DNA of 64,000 bases. Source: Octopus bimaculoides (Eukaryota). Below, in pieces: positions 11,331-24,578 of the stretch; the first letter of the stretch is position 1; each line of letters starts with the position of its first letter. The translations under genes were made by a program, and so were the position numbers. Where the stretch lies: assembly GCF_001194135.2 (NCBI RefSeq), contig NC_068983.1, forward strand, positions 108,702,453 through 108,766,452, written 5' to 3'. The notes under the pieces were generated by a model, which was not told the DNA's origin, ran no database searches, and worked only from the letters and a program-made list of their open reading frames with translations.

Positions 11331-14300
11331 AACAAAGTGGCTGAGAATTCCACAGATACATTTCCTCTTAATGAAATTCTCTGGCTTTGAGTTCCAGCAC
11401 AATTAAGAAAGAGAGTCAGAAGATTAACCCAATACTGGGCTGATACTATATTTCCTGACACTGATATGCTGAAAGGTAAAGTTGACCTTGGCAGGATTTG
11501 AACTTAGAATACAGTTACCCAGAACAGATTCTGCTAGGCATTCTAATCAATGCTTTAACTAAATTGCCAGTATGCTGTGCTATGATGTTTTGCAGAAAAT
11601 ATACTAATTTATATGAAGGTCAAAAAGAGAATATTCACAGTAACATTTGAGACAAACCTCTTTTATGGGTATGAAAGTTGGACTTTCATTAGGCATTAAA
11701 AGTGGCTGCACTCAAATCCTTAGAATGACTTTTATTATAAAATGGATGCAGAAATCGACTAACAAGCAATCCTATTGTAAGTTTCCACAGTTGACCAAAA
11801 ATATTTCTGAGCTGCCCAGTAACAAAGTAATTAATCAGAAACTGAACCTTAGGAAAATAAACAATTGGAATTCTTCCAAAATCAATAATAAGGACACTAA
11901 TGGAGGGCAATTGCACCATAATTACAGGTGAACTTAGAAAACTGATGATAGAATGTGATATGCAGCATATACCCAATCTAAGTGTAAGTTGTAGTTGATA
12001 GATGGTGATGATAAAACAATGATGCTAATGTTGATGATGCATATATGGTCCATCAGTACTGTGATATAAAAATAAATTAACACTAAAGTAATTAAAGTTG
12101 ATTATCTTAACTTACTGTGCAGCAGTATAAACCAGTAAAATGTGCATATCAACCACTACTTCTCTTTCATTAATGTTTCCCCTTTATGGAGACATATTTA
12201 CAACCATAGAGATACTACAAATTCTTATAATGAAGTTAACTGTTTTAAATAATCACAAACTCTGCAGGAAAATAAAATAAAGTAGTATTCTTTAGTTACA
12301 CAGTATATTAGATATTTCCTAAAATTTATTCTGCAATGAAATAAAATTTATGAAATATATTATCTTTAATTCCATCACAGATATATAAAAAAAAAATTAA
12401 AACTATAAAAGAATATATATGTGTATATAGGAAAAATGAAACTATTTTTTAAAATTCTATAGCCAACTTGACATTAAACATCTTTTTGAAAAAGCAATAT
12501 ACCTTGTTTGGTTTAAAATTTAAATTTTCTAAAAATTTTTATGAAGTATTTTTAACTTCGTGTGTGAGAGAAATAATATCCCTAAGATGAACAATACTAA
12601 CAATCCTAGTAACATTATGAGACAATATCTTCATTTAATATCTCCATTTAATAATTTTAGAACTGCTACAATCAAACAAATCACAGTTTAAGTGCTAGAT
12701 ACTCTCTTACTTATCATTAGATTTCAGCATTGATATATTTCGTGCTTTCTCTTCTTTCTTTGTTTGGTTTTAGCATAGAATATATAGCAGTACTGTTTCT
12801 GAAAAAATACATTGATTTCATGAATATTTTAGTTAATTCGTTTTCATACTTGTATTTTTTGCTGAAAAATATTACTAACATTTATTTCGTAGAATTAACT
12901 AAAATACAGAAACAAACTTGTAGATACTGACATTTCTTTGGAGGAGTACACACTGAGCTCAAATTAAAAAGTTTTTTTTAATATTTTCTAAACACATTAA
13001 TATTGCAAATGTTACTCTAAAATGATCTTTACTTCTGCTTTCATATGTTGATATATTGAACTTATAATGTATCAATAAAAGTAAAATATTCTTAACTATT
13101 TTTTGTTGTTTATCTCGTAACTTATAAGTGTGCTTTCCTTGGAAATTAATAGACAGTAACATTCTATTTAGAAACATATGATACTGAATATCAAATTATT
13201 TCCATCAGGAATTTGCAGTTCGTTACCTATGCATGTGTCTCAAAGTGCTTAATATTGTAAATGGTATTTTTACAATCAATAACATGTCATAAAGAATTTG
13301 GTAAAGCAGTTATTATTCTCTAAAGATTATTGTTTTTCATTTCATGAAAATATAAGTATGCAAAGAGTATAAACGAAAACCCTAGTTCTAAAAGTATGTG
13401 AGTTATGTGAAAAATCGACGCATTTTGACACTTTTTGTAGTGGGTATTCAATTACCTTTTATCATAATGCTTTAAAGACTTTGCTAAGATAAATAATTTA
13501 AAATCTCGATTTTATTTTCAACATTTTTCTTGGTTTCTTCAGATATATTAAACAAATAATTTTTTAATTATCTTCGTTGAGTGCAAAGATTTGATCACTG
13601 CATAATACTGGTACTTTCTTTACCTCAGAGAAAGAGAAATACAATAAAATTTGGTGATTAGACTTTAAACAAATATGGAGACAAATAATAGAAAAGAAAC
13701 TAACGATGTTAAAATTTGTCTTCACTGAGGATGTCTAATAATAGCAAAACATGCCTGGAGTTGTTATCCCAGTGAACATTCTCCCCTGCATAATGTTTCT
13801 AATTAATTCTCATTAATTAAAATTTGATAAGCTGTTTCTTATGTGTTTCTTGGCCAGAGTTAGCCATTAAGAGTATGGTTGGTTCTTTTCACCATGGATG
13901 TAATTTTATTAAATTAAATTTCTTGGTTTAATACATTAAGCATTGTAATGCTCACATTACTATAACTGTTTCTCATGCAGCACACAGCTCTAGCTATTTT
14001 CCACTTCTCACTCTTTCTTTTAATCTATAACATCACTGGGTGTTAATTCACAAAAATCCTATATAATTCTCTCATCATTTAAGATCTGTATTAATTGTTA
14101 GACTATGATTTGATATGTTCTAAAACAACAAAAACGTTCATAGTGGTCAATGTACAACCAAATATCAGATTCACTTCGTACTGTAATCTGTTTTAATCTT
14201 AATTCTCACAGTTTTTCCCTATATTTCTTGACCAGATGTAGCTATTAAAACGATAATAAGTTCTCATTATGGGTATAATTTTAATTAATTAACACTTTTT

Positions 14301-14668
14301 TATTCCTTGCATTAGGTGAGGTAGCACCTATTTTACTAAATTTTATACAGCATTTAAAATAAATTTCTGTTATTTAAATGATTCTCAGTGGGTTTTTTTT
14401 AGTATTTATTTTCTACTCTTGAACTGAAGATTAGATTCGAAGTATGATGCATCAATTTTAGTAATTGATAAGGATTTTTTCTAGATGTTTATTACCATTA
14501 AATAATTCAATTTCGAATGTAAAACTTATTTCTAATTAATGTTACTAATGTAGTTTTGCTTACTATTTTCTTTAGTTACATGTTAACAAATGTTGTAAAT
14601 GTTGTTTACATTTGTTTAACAGAAAGTTTACAAATTTGGAAATTGAAAAATGATGCTTCTCAATATTG

Positions 14669-15075
14669 GTCTCAAATTTTGGCACATGGCCATCAAGTTC
14701 AGGAGAAGGGATAAGTTGATTTCATCAACCCCAGTGTTCAACTAGTACCTATTTTATGGACCCCAAAAGGATGCAAGGCAAAGTTGACCTCAGCAGGATG
14801 TGAACTCAGAATGTAAAGATGGACAAAATGCTGCTGAACATTTTGTCTGGCATGTTAATGATTCTGTTACCTTGCCGCCTTGATGCTTCTTAATATTGTC
14901 TTCAAATTTTGGCACATGACCAGCAAGTTCAAAGGAGGGGGATAAGTCAATTATATCAACCCCAGTGCTCAACTGGTACATACTTTATCAACCCTAAAAT
15001 GATGAAAAGTAAAGTTGACCTCGGTAGAATTTGAACTCTGAAGGTAAAGACAGACGAAATTAACAATTCTGCCTG
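14669..15075 (-). mobile_element. Two tandem SINE family A copies
   Basis: Reverse complement of the family A body (TTCTGAGTTCA...AGGTCAACTTT...TTTTGGGGTC...AGTACCAG...CACTGGGGTTGA) occurs twice. Confidence 0.8.
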
Positions 15076-17537
15076 AATATATTATTGATGAATTATATTC
15101 TTGATCTACCCTTGGGTCTTCTGCAGGTTGATGAATCTATTTTGCGATTCTTTCTTGCTGGGATGAGAATAAGTGTTGTAAGACTGAGACATTGTCTTCT
15201 CTAGAAAGTCTTCCCAGTGCACTTTATATGTTAGTGGAACATCAGTGAGACAAATATAGAAGTATACATACATGCATGCATACATACATATATGTATAAT
15301 GCAATGGGAATCAAGCTCTCAGATTTTAGAAAATTAACCAAAAAGCATCTTCACATATTTCAGACAAAAAAGGTTATTCTGAGAGAATACATAACTATTC
15401 CTTATCCTTCAACTGGTCAATGTAACAGTTCATACAAAGTTAAATAGTTGTGTTCTGGTGTCAGACATCCCATAAATCTATCTATATATCAATGCTATAA
15501 TTGGTACATATTATGCAGTGTATCATTAAGTAAGCACATAAACTCAAAACACCACAACATGCATTTCAGTAGAATAATTATTTATCAACAAAAGTAACTA
15601 AGTTAGTGGTGTCATGTGCTAGCTCATAGTCGCCTTTGAAAATGTCATGTTTGATTAGTTGCAAGCCTTAATAAAACCCTTATTTGTTTGAAATCTTGCT
15701 TTTCACCAGTCTATTTATAAATATTTTTACCTTTATAAATTGACAGTATTTTGTAAACAAAAAAGCTGAATATCACCTGATGAAATGAGGTGGCTAAGAA
15801 ATAATGCAGAATTATGTAATGTTATGTAACATATTTTGCATTGTTAATAACCACACTATTGAAATGTGTGTAGTGATGTTTGAGCTTTGCATTGTTTGTT
15901 TACTGATGATGATGATATATATATATATGTATTGATATGCACACACATACACATTCAATTATGCTTTCATGGTTGAATTTGAATTAAGTTTAATATTTGA
16001 AATACTAATACATGATGTTGAATTGTTAAAATAAAATTGATTTTTCAAAAGAAAATATTTTTTAAACTTAATTTTCAAAATGTTGTTCTCAAAGTTTAGA
16101 TACAGTGTGATCAAAGTATAACTTATTCTAATCATAGTTTGCTTCAATGCTAGCAAAAAAAAATTCTTCCTGACACAATTATCTACACAAGTTATATGCT
16201 AATGTAGATGTCAAACAAGATTTGTTTCTTACTAGTAACCAAGGAATAAATGTGATTTTAAAGAGATATCTTTACCCTCTTCTTCATCAAGATATTCTAA
16301 TTTCCTTTTTTCGAAGCTTTGTTTTAATATTGCAAAACCAGTTTTGAATGTTTATATGAACAGTAAACCAGTAATCAATTGAAATAATTGGATTTTTTTC
16401 AATTACATTTCAGTTGAAATGGTAACATAATGGTAACTTAAAGAATTTAACACATGCATCATGCTAGATTTGCTTTGTTCTTGTTCTGAGTTTAAATATT
16501 GTGCTTGTCATAATGCTTATTGATTAAGCACACAAGGAGCATCAAAAATAACAGACCTGGATGTAGAAATATTAATGTGTTCAATAAATTCGCACAATTT
16601 ATTTTGTGTAACTCTGTCAAACATTACTACCCAATTACTCTATTCTCTTTGGAATGTTACTAGCAAAACTGGTGAATATTCTGACATCCATGTAACATAT
16701 AATTTTCATAAGCACCTCACAAACATATAATTTATTCAGGGAGGTGAACCTATATTTGTAATGACAATTTGCGTTCATCTGATTTTTGCTGTGTCAGATA
16801 ACGTAACAAGTACTGAGATTAAATGAATATTGGCAAGTAGACAGGGTTATTTCTATTATTTTATAAATGGAACTTTATACTTCAGTTCGTTCTTTGTTAC
16901 TATACCTTTAATGCATTGCACATACAAAGTCAATTGTGCTATCAAGCAAATATATTTTTAAGTACACACACACATGCACACATACATGCTTATATGTATG
17001 GGTATATATATATATATATATATATGTAGTGTGTGTGAGAGAGAAAGAGAGAGAGATGAAACAAAATTCATGAGTTTAACTGTCAGGATCTTTTTATTAT
17101 GCATTCTGGGATCTTCTTACAACGGAGAAAAAAAAACATGCACTATAATACAAATGCTCTGCTTGTAGTTTTCTCTTTCACTATACAAACGTGTGTGTAA
17201 AATGTATGTTCATGTCACTGATCAAATATTTGTTTGTGTTTGTTAGTGTAAAGTGTATGTTGTATCAAAAGCAGTTTATAAATGTAGATCAATAAAATAA
17301 GTAACAGATTGGACCTATTTACAGCATTCAAGATGATCAACAAAGACTTTTTAAATCAATGCTCTGCATGGCCACAATCAATGATAAATACCAATGAGAG
17401 TAAAAGAATCATCACTGTCCTTAATCTGCGTTCAGAATGATTAATTTATCTTTAATTCTAAATGTTATTTAGAGAAAGAATCGTAATAGTCTTTTGATAT
17501 TGCAGATCACATTTTACTTGGCAGAAATATTTTGCAA

Positions 17538-17753
17538 GGTGGTGAGCTGGCAGAACCGTTAGCATGCCGGGTGAAATGCTTAGCGGTATTTCGTCTGCCG
17601 CAACATTCTGAGTTCAAATTCCGCCGAGGTCGACTTTGTCTTTCATCCTTTTGGGGTCGATTAAATAAGTACCAGTTACGCACTGGGGTCGATATAATCG
17701 ACTTAATCTGTTTGTCTGTCCTTATTCATCCCCCTGTGGGCAGTAAAGAAATA
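17538..17753 (+). mobile_element. SINE family A (tRNA-derived), full length, with a 15-bp TSD
   Basis: GGTGGTGAGCTGGCAGAACCGTTAGC...GAGTTCAAATTCC head and conserved GACTTTGTCTTTCATCCTTTTGGGGTCGAT core. TSD AGAAATATTTTGCAA at 17523-17537 and 17754-17768. Confidence 0.9.
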
Positions 17754-18457
17754 AGAAATATTTTGCAATGATAACTAACTGCAAAATTCCAAGTTTTTAT
17801 TTCACCATAAAGAACACAACACTTGCAGTTTGCATTCATATAACATCTCTCTTCATTGCTTTCAAGTGGGGGAACAATTTCCAATTTATTTTTCACTGAA
17901 TGTTGAAAATAGTATCATGTGTTTCATAAGAAACAAGATATTAGTGATATTTTTACAAGCTAAAGAAAGCTGTCTTGTCTGTACTAGCTGTTTTCTTTTT
18001 GCCATTTTTTATTTTAAAATTATTTTAAAAATATTTTCTTACATTTTTAGTGTTGTATAATCTATTATGTTGCAAGTAATATTCCCTCCTTTATCTTTTA
18101 CTATATTTTACAGATTCTCACAGTTAAATTATAACTTTCAATTTTATATTAATTATTGTAGGAGTGAGGAGGTAAGCAGCAAGTAAGATGAATCTTCATT
18201 GCAAATTCTTAATCTCAGTTGTAACTTTCTCACTTCACTTAATCACCAATACTCATGAGAAAATCTCAAGCATTACAAATTCTCATCAGTTGCTTTATAT
18301 ATCTGGAGTGTTTTTGTTTTTTTTTTCTAAGTGTAGCATCAATATATTTGGTGTTATTAGCCTAATAATATAATGAGTAAGTCTCCTTCAGAACGCCAGA
18401 TAACAAAATTTACATAAAGAAAAGTTAATAATAACGATGTTCATGAAATGAAAATTG

Positions 18458-18501
<44 letters not shown>

Positions 18502-18503
<2 letters not shown>

Positions 18504-18830
18504 AAAGATTTCAAAATACAAAGACCTGGAAATAGAGGTAACTCGAATGTGGAATCTAAAAACAGAAACAATTCCTATCATAGTAGGTGCCTTAGGTATA
18601 ATAAAAAAAATATTCAGACAAATACATAACAAAAACACCAGGACTTACAAATATATACAGCATACAGAAAATTGCACTACTGGGCACTGGGCACTGCACA
18701 CATCCTACGCAAAACACTTTCAATACAGTAACCATAAGAGCACCACAGCAAACCACAGCACATACCCCAGGTGCACAGAGCTGCATTTGGTAGTGAAGTG
18801 AAAGCACGTTATAAAAATAAAACTACTGAA
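18502..18830 (+). mobile_element. R4/Dong-like non-LTR retrotransposon 3' fragment 1 (end of the RLE endonuclease)
   Basis: KISKYKDLEIEVTRMWNLKTETIPIIVGALG...QKIALLGT, with one frameshift, flanked by (AAT)n on both sides. Confidence 0.8.
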
Positions 18831-19266
18831 CAATAATAATAATAATAATAATAATAACAATAATAATAATCCTTTCTACTATATGTGCAGAGCCTGAAAT
18901 TTGCAGAGAGAAGGGGACTAGTTTATTACATTATCCAGTGTAGATATTGACCAACTCTGTCATTTCCCATGTAGGAATTGCAAAAGATTGTCTTAACTGG
19001 TACATCATGTACTGAGAAGAACACTGTTGCTGTGAAATTTCTTTCTACTTTTCCTCTATTTTCTTTATTAACTTTTGTCATTTTTCTTTTTTACCCTTTT
19101 CTCTCTGTTTTTCTTCCTCTTTTTCTCTATCACATGACTTTGTAAATGAACAAGCTGGTGTGTTTATTTTAATGGCCTACTGGTGAATACATTGAGTTTC
19201 TCTGCCCTAGGTGTCAGGAAGACACTCGGCTAGAAATGGAAACACAATTGAAAGAAAATGATAATG

Positions 19267-19306
<40 letters not shown>

Positions 19307-19308
<2 letters not shown>

Positions 19309-19726
19309 CTTGGAGACCAGAAATTGTTGCAGTTGATAAAATGATGAAGGAAACTAAGATCATAGATATTGCCATACCTGAGGATGTATGAATGGATGAT
19401 AAAGAACTGGAAACGATTGTGAAGTACAAGACACTAAAAGATGAGATTGCATGAATATAGTCAATGAAAGAAGTAACTGTTATCTCATTAGTTATAGAGG
19501 CATTGGGAACATTGACAGCCAGATTTGAGAAATTTGTTGGAGAAATTGGGATCGACATGAGAGAAGAACATGCTCAAAACACTGCTTTATTGGAGGCAAC
19601 AAGGATTTTGAGATTGGTAATTGGATGTTAAGTACTGTCAAAGAAGACCCAGTGATACCCTTGACAACAGGTCTGCTATTACAGAATTAGCAAAAGCAGG
19701 TGAAATCAAGAGCTCTGAGAAGTAAC
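19307..19726 (+). mobile_element. R4/Dong-like 3' fragment 2 (RLE endonuclease)
   Basis: WRPEIVAVDK...IIDIAIPED...IVKYKTLKDEI...VISLVIEALGTL...TALLEATRILRLV with internal stops, flanked by (AAT)n. Confidence 0.8.
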
Positions 19727-19742
19727 ATAATAATAATAATAA

Positions 19743-19864
19743 TATTCAACGCATAGATACTGAACAGTATAGGTATAAAGGATAAAATCCATTTTTCTTT
19801 TTAAAAGCAGAAAAAGGGATTTTATCCTTTATATCTATACTGTTCAGTATCTATGCGTTGAATA
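19743..19864. repeat. 122-bp near-perfect hairpin
   Basis: Arms 19743-19798 and 19809-19864 (56 bp, 2 mismatches) with a 10-nt loop. Confidence 0.9.
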
Positions 19865-19962
19865 AAACTTATCTTTCTACTTGTTCTATCATACATTTCA
19901 GCGCTTCGAAAAACAAACTTGTTTGTTTACATACGGCGTAACCAATAATAATAATATTAATA

Positions 19963-19999
<37 letters not shown>

Positions 20000-20007
20000 T
20001 AATAATG

Positions 20008-20041
<34 letters not shown>

Positions 20042-20049
20042 GAAGAAGA

Positions 20050-20820
20050 AGAATTAAAAGAAACAAAGAGCTTAATTGTAGCAACATAAGGTCAAGTGAT
20101 AAAAGCAAAGAACTTGAGAAAAAATACATATGGAGAGAATATCTCTGAAAAATGTGGAGCTTGTGGAACTTGGAATGACACAGTGGCACACATTGTGGGA
20201 AAATGCGCCGCGTTGGCACAGGAAGAATATAAGAAATGGAGATACGATCATGTTGTAAAAGTTATACACTGGAAACTGTGCCAGAAGTAAAGATTTGAAG
20301 CTGGAAACACATGGTACAATCATCAAGTCAAATGAATACTGGAGTTGGAGAAATGTAAGATTTTGTGGGACTTTCCTATTGAAATGGACAAGAAATTAGA
20401 AAATAAAAGACCAGACATAACGACTATTGATAAGGAAAAGTGGAGTTGCTTACTTATCGATCCATCATGCCTGATTGATTCCAAGATCATAAAAAAAAGC
20501 AGAGGAAAAACAAAAAAAATATACAATCCCTTAAAATTTGAAACAGGAAGAATTCGGAGCATGCAAATAGTAAATGATGCGCCTATAATAATTGGTGCAT
20601 TGGGAACAGTAAGGAAAGACACAGACAAATGGCTGAAAGAGATAAAAATAGAATGCTCAGTAGAGTTCCTAAAGAAAGTTTGTCTCTTAGGGACAGCAAA
20701 GATTATCAGGAGTGTTCTAACCACTTGAAAGACTGCTGAAAACTTGTGGATACCTAAGGTTACAGGTAGTAACCCGCTATCCACATAATCCCTACCAAGA
20801 ATAAGACCAAGCCTGAGCTA
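20050..20820 (+). mobile_element. R4/Dong-like 3' fragment 3 (CCHC knuckle plus RLE endonuclease)
   Basis: ETKSLIVA, CGACGTWNDTVAHIVGKC, RYDHVVKVIHW, KILWDFPI...RPDITTIDK...LLID and PIIIGALG...CLLGTAKIIRSVL, followed by an (AAT)n tail. Confidence 0.9.
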
Positions 20821-21689
20821 ATAATAATAATAATAATAAACTTTCTTTTAATATCAACGCAAACCTAATGTATGAGAAGATATGACAGGGAGCAGTTGCA
20901 AAAATGTGAAATTTGTACAGAAACTAAATGAAAGAAAAAATAAATGACAGACAGTATACATAGTATATACACATATATAAAGCAAAGGACAACTATCTAA
21001 GATAAATTAAATAAGTCATTGATTAATTTAACTTTTTCTATAAAGAGTAAGTGACCCTTTCCACTCTATATCCCAGCCTCCAAACACATGCTGAGATAAG
21101 CCCATTTACTTGGGGTCATATTCACCACCCCCATCCATGTTTTAACTCCTCATGAGTAATATAAACATGTGACCAAGAAGAAAGTGTCTCTGCTTAATAC
21201 ATTTAGATGTGTACATCATGCAATATCTTTCACCATAGTCATTAGACAGGAGACTGCATGTCCTTTGGAGCCAATGATTATCTTTACAATGAAGTTGACT
21301 GATAGTTGGATCCACACTACATGGGACTTCTTCCTGGGAGTTTTCTGTATGGGAAAATTATCACCAATGTTCTTCTTTATATCAGTGGGTTCAACGTTAT
21401 CATTTTAAAATCCTTTTACTAGCAAAAATAGAGAGAATATTTACTCAGGACACTTACAGACTCCAAAGAGTGGTATACTGTAAATTAAGCTATAGTCCCA
21501 TTAAGAGACTACAACGATGTCGGTTACTGATTTGAATCTATATAAAAAGAGGAAATTTGAACACAGTATTATGCTTTACCTTTTAATTACCAATGGACTC
21601 CACAGAAAAGCACTGAAAATCATGTTTACTAGCAAGAGCAAAGAACATATACATCTTTAAAGGAGAATATTTATAAAAACTGACTACTG

Positions 21690-21905
21690 ATAATTTTCAG
21701 ATTATTTTCTCAAATGTAATGCTCATTTATTCGCATTGTTTTGATTTTAACCATGCATTATCTTGCTGCTTTGAGATCTCCATGATTGTTAATTTTCAGA
21801 AAGACATTGCAAGGTAGGTGTGAGAGACCAAATCTGACTAGTTTTAACACAATACAGGAAGAATATTGGGGCCAGATATGGTCAGTTTAAATGCTAAAGT
21901 GTTAA
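21690..21905 (-). mobile_element. piggyBac-like MITE, degraded
   Basis: Ends in AATGCTAAAGTGTTAA and is similar to 57959-58187. Confidence 0.55.
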
Positions 21906-22374
21906 TAGGAACTTGTCCAAAGATATAAGCTTCAAATTATAGTGCATGACAATGGGCGACTCTTTATGTAAAGTAAATTTTTTGCTTAAGTGCAAGACTG
22001 AGATGCAAAGCACCTTAAATAGAGAGATCTACATGAATTGAAATAAAATATATCCACTTTGCAAGAACATGTCGACATTCAGTATTCTATAAATATTTTA
22101 AATGAAACTTGGTTTATGTATGGAATGGATTATAATAGCTCTTCCAATCCCATTACAGAGGGAAACAACTTTTGAATGACCACATGCACATTCTAAAAAT
22201 TGTTAAGGTTTAGAGCAATACTTTAGCAGGGATTGTTCTATCAAATGCAATGGAAGTAAAATCTTCCATAAGGCAATAGTCTTTACTTTTCTTCATATAT
22301 ATTTTTTCATATAAGTAATAAAAAAAATGTATAAAAATAGGAAGCATTTTTAAAAGGAGTTGCATGGCTCTTAC

Positions 22375-22428
22375 CAATACCTGTTGCAGCTGGAATAATT
22401 AATCCATGGAAATTATTAAGTGACTTAC
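22375..22428 (-). other. Candidate 54-nt exon or recursive splice site
   Basis: Minus strand: tttttttcttttctcttttctatttcAG|GTAAGT...ATTG|gtaaga. Only phase 1 is open: (G)KSLNNFHGLIIPAATGI(G). Confidence 0.4.
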
Positions 22429-23371
22429 CTGAAATAGAAAAGAGAAAAGAAAAAAATTAAAATTATACATTTACATTAAGAGATAAGAATGTCGTCATAG
22501 ATATTATATACTGTAAAAAAAAAAAAAAAGACTAACAACTTTATGAGAGTTTTATAAGCTCATTTATCGTAAGAAATGTAAATTCTAGTTTTCAGCATTT
22601 TCCTTCATCTGCACATAAGAAAGAAAGAAACAATGGCGTTGTTCCTTAGGCCTGTAGACAAGTAAATAGAGAGTTATTATAATGAAGTAAATAGGTGGAA
22701 AGGTCAAAAGAGATATTCTGTGAGAGGATTAAAAGTCCAGGATGGGAGGTGGACTAAGAAAGGAAGCTGATAATAAAAGAGTGAAGACGAAACCAGTAGA
22801 TGCAAGAAAAAAAGGCAAAAATAAGGTAGGAAGATTTCTAATAATATGAGAGGAAAGTAAGTATGGTAAGAAAAGAGTATGGCGGATAAGGATAAACCAC
22901 ACCTTGAAAAACTATTCCCATATAAATATGCTGACAGATTATACACTACTTTGAATCAAAGAAATATCTAAAAAGTATAGCAAATATTGCTGTGCAGAAA
23001 CATACACATTAACCAACACATGCATATGTAGATGGCTTTACTACTAAAGATCAGTCTTACACACGCACATACAATAATTTAACTATTCAGACTTAATAAA
23101 TTCTGGCAGATTCAAATATGAATATCTGATTGTTGTTGCTATTGATCATCGGAGAACATCTCTCTTTAGAAGATGTGTGTTCATTACATATGTGATTCAT
23201 CAGTGAACTACTTGAGCTAGGGACACAAATCTTCTGAAGGGAGATGTTCTCTGAAGATAGAAAACAACAGGGATCAGATTTTCATGTTCAAATTTGCCAG
23301 AATATATGAAAAAAATGAATAGATATATTATTGCCTGGATTCTCACAGCACAGTTAGCACCTCATGAATTC

Positions 23372-23440
<69 letters not shown>

Positions 23441-23441
<1 letters not shown>

Positions 23442-23640
23442 AGTTAAGTCTATGCCTGGTCATAGAGTAACCAATGGTTTCACATCCACAAAAGGCTTAG
23501 CCCCATGACGGCTCATCAGACTCAAAAGTCCAGTTAGTCTAATTTTTTAGCGTCAGCTTCAAATTTTTACAAGCCGTCCATAAAGGTAAGCCCTTTGTTA
23601 ATGTGAAACCATTAGTCACTGGATATAGATTTAACGACAT
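23441..23640. mobile_element. Small foldback element carrying a hammerhead motif
   Basis: Arms about 23441-23513 and 23572-23638 are imperfect reverse complements. Both carry TGTGAAACCATT(G/A)GT(T/C)ACT. Confidence 0.65.
23465..23523 (-). ncRNA. Type I hammerhead motif with an intact core
   Basis: GAGT-CTGATGA-GCCGTCATGGGGCTAAGCCTTTTGTGGATGT-GAA-ACC ATT GGT-T-ACTC. The site is GUU; the base of stem II is imperfect. Confidence 0.6.
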
Positions 23641-23641
23641 A

Positions 23642-24482
23642 CAGTATGTCCCAAAAGTCACTGATGGGTTTCAATTTTTAATAACTTCCTTAACTTTACA
23701 AATAAATGCACGAAAGTTTGATACAGTATAAAGGATATAATGGAAATTAATACATACAAATCAAATTTTGCAGCACCACTACATTACATATGAAAAATGG
23801 CATCGCTTAAATGGCAGCCATTTTCAGCTTTGCACACCCGTGCTCCTTCCAAACCTTGCACAACACCTTCAAGAATTTCAGACCCCACTTCTCTGATTTC
23901 TCTATTGATGTTCTCCTTCTGATGCATCAGGGTCTCAGGTTTGTTGACATAAACCCTCTTTTTCAGGTATCCCCACAAGACAAAATTTGGGCTAGTCAAG
24001 TCTGAGAAATGTGACCTCATACATGGTCCCAGTAAGATGGGGTAACTGGTCATACCACAAGAGAAACGATGCAGTTGCTACTGCAGTGCTTTGGATAGAG
24101 AATAATCTGCTACAGCAATGTCAACTGGCCTTCACGTTCCCCAGACTTGACTAGATCGGATTTTTTCTTGTGGGGATACCTGAAAGAGAGGGTTTACGTC
24201 AACAAACTGGAAACCCTGGTGCAATTGAAGGAGAACATCAATAGAGAAATCAGAGAAGTGGGGTCTGAAGTTCTCAAGGGTGTTATGGTGCAAGTTTTGG
24301 AAATGGCTGCCATTTAAGCGATGACATTTTTCATATGTGATGTAGTGGTGTTGCAGAATTTGACTTGTGTATATTACTTTGCATTATGTCCTTTATATTG
24401 TATCAAAATTTCATGCATTTATTTGTAGAGTTAAGGAAGTTATTAAAAATTAAAACCCATCAGTTACTTTTGGAACACCCTA
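23642..24482. mobile_element. Foldback non-autonomous Tc1/mariner element of the rosa-like DD40/41D group
   Basis: Termini CAGTATGTCCCAAAAGT and ACTTTTGGAACACCCTA with flanking TA, and about 350-bp inverted arms. The plus strand from 24024 reads WSQ*DGVTGHT...WPSRSPDLTRSDFFLWGYLKERVY, with 40 residues between the two Asp. Confidence 0.85.
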
Positions 24483-24545
24483 TATAAATACATTATTGCT
24501 CTGTTTTAGAGTGTGCTCCTTTTCAGATATATGATATATTGACGG

Positions 24546-24578
<33 letters not shown>

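Noticed and set aside
12116-12261. Minus-strand segment with a strong acceptor and donor
   Set aside because: It has stops in all three frames; a non-coding exon cannot be supported from sequence alone.
14296-14322. Plus-strand polypyrimidine TAG|GTGAGG junction
   Set aside because: Weaker than the 22428 site and on the opposite strand; it shows such motifs arise by chance.
15127-15177. Plus-strand 51-nt exon-like segment (VDESILRFFLAGMRISV)
   Set aside because: No recognisable homology and no compatible neighbouring exons.
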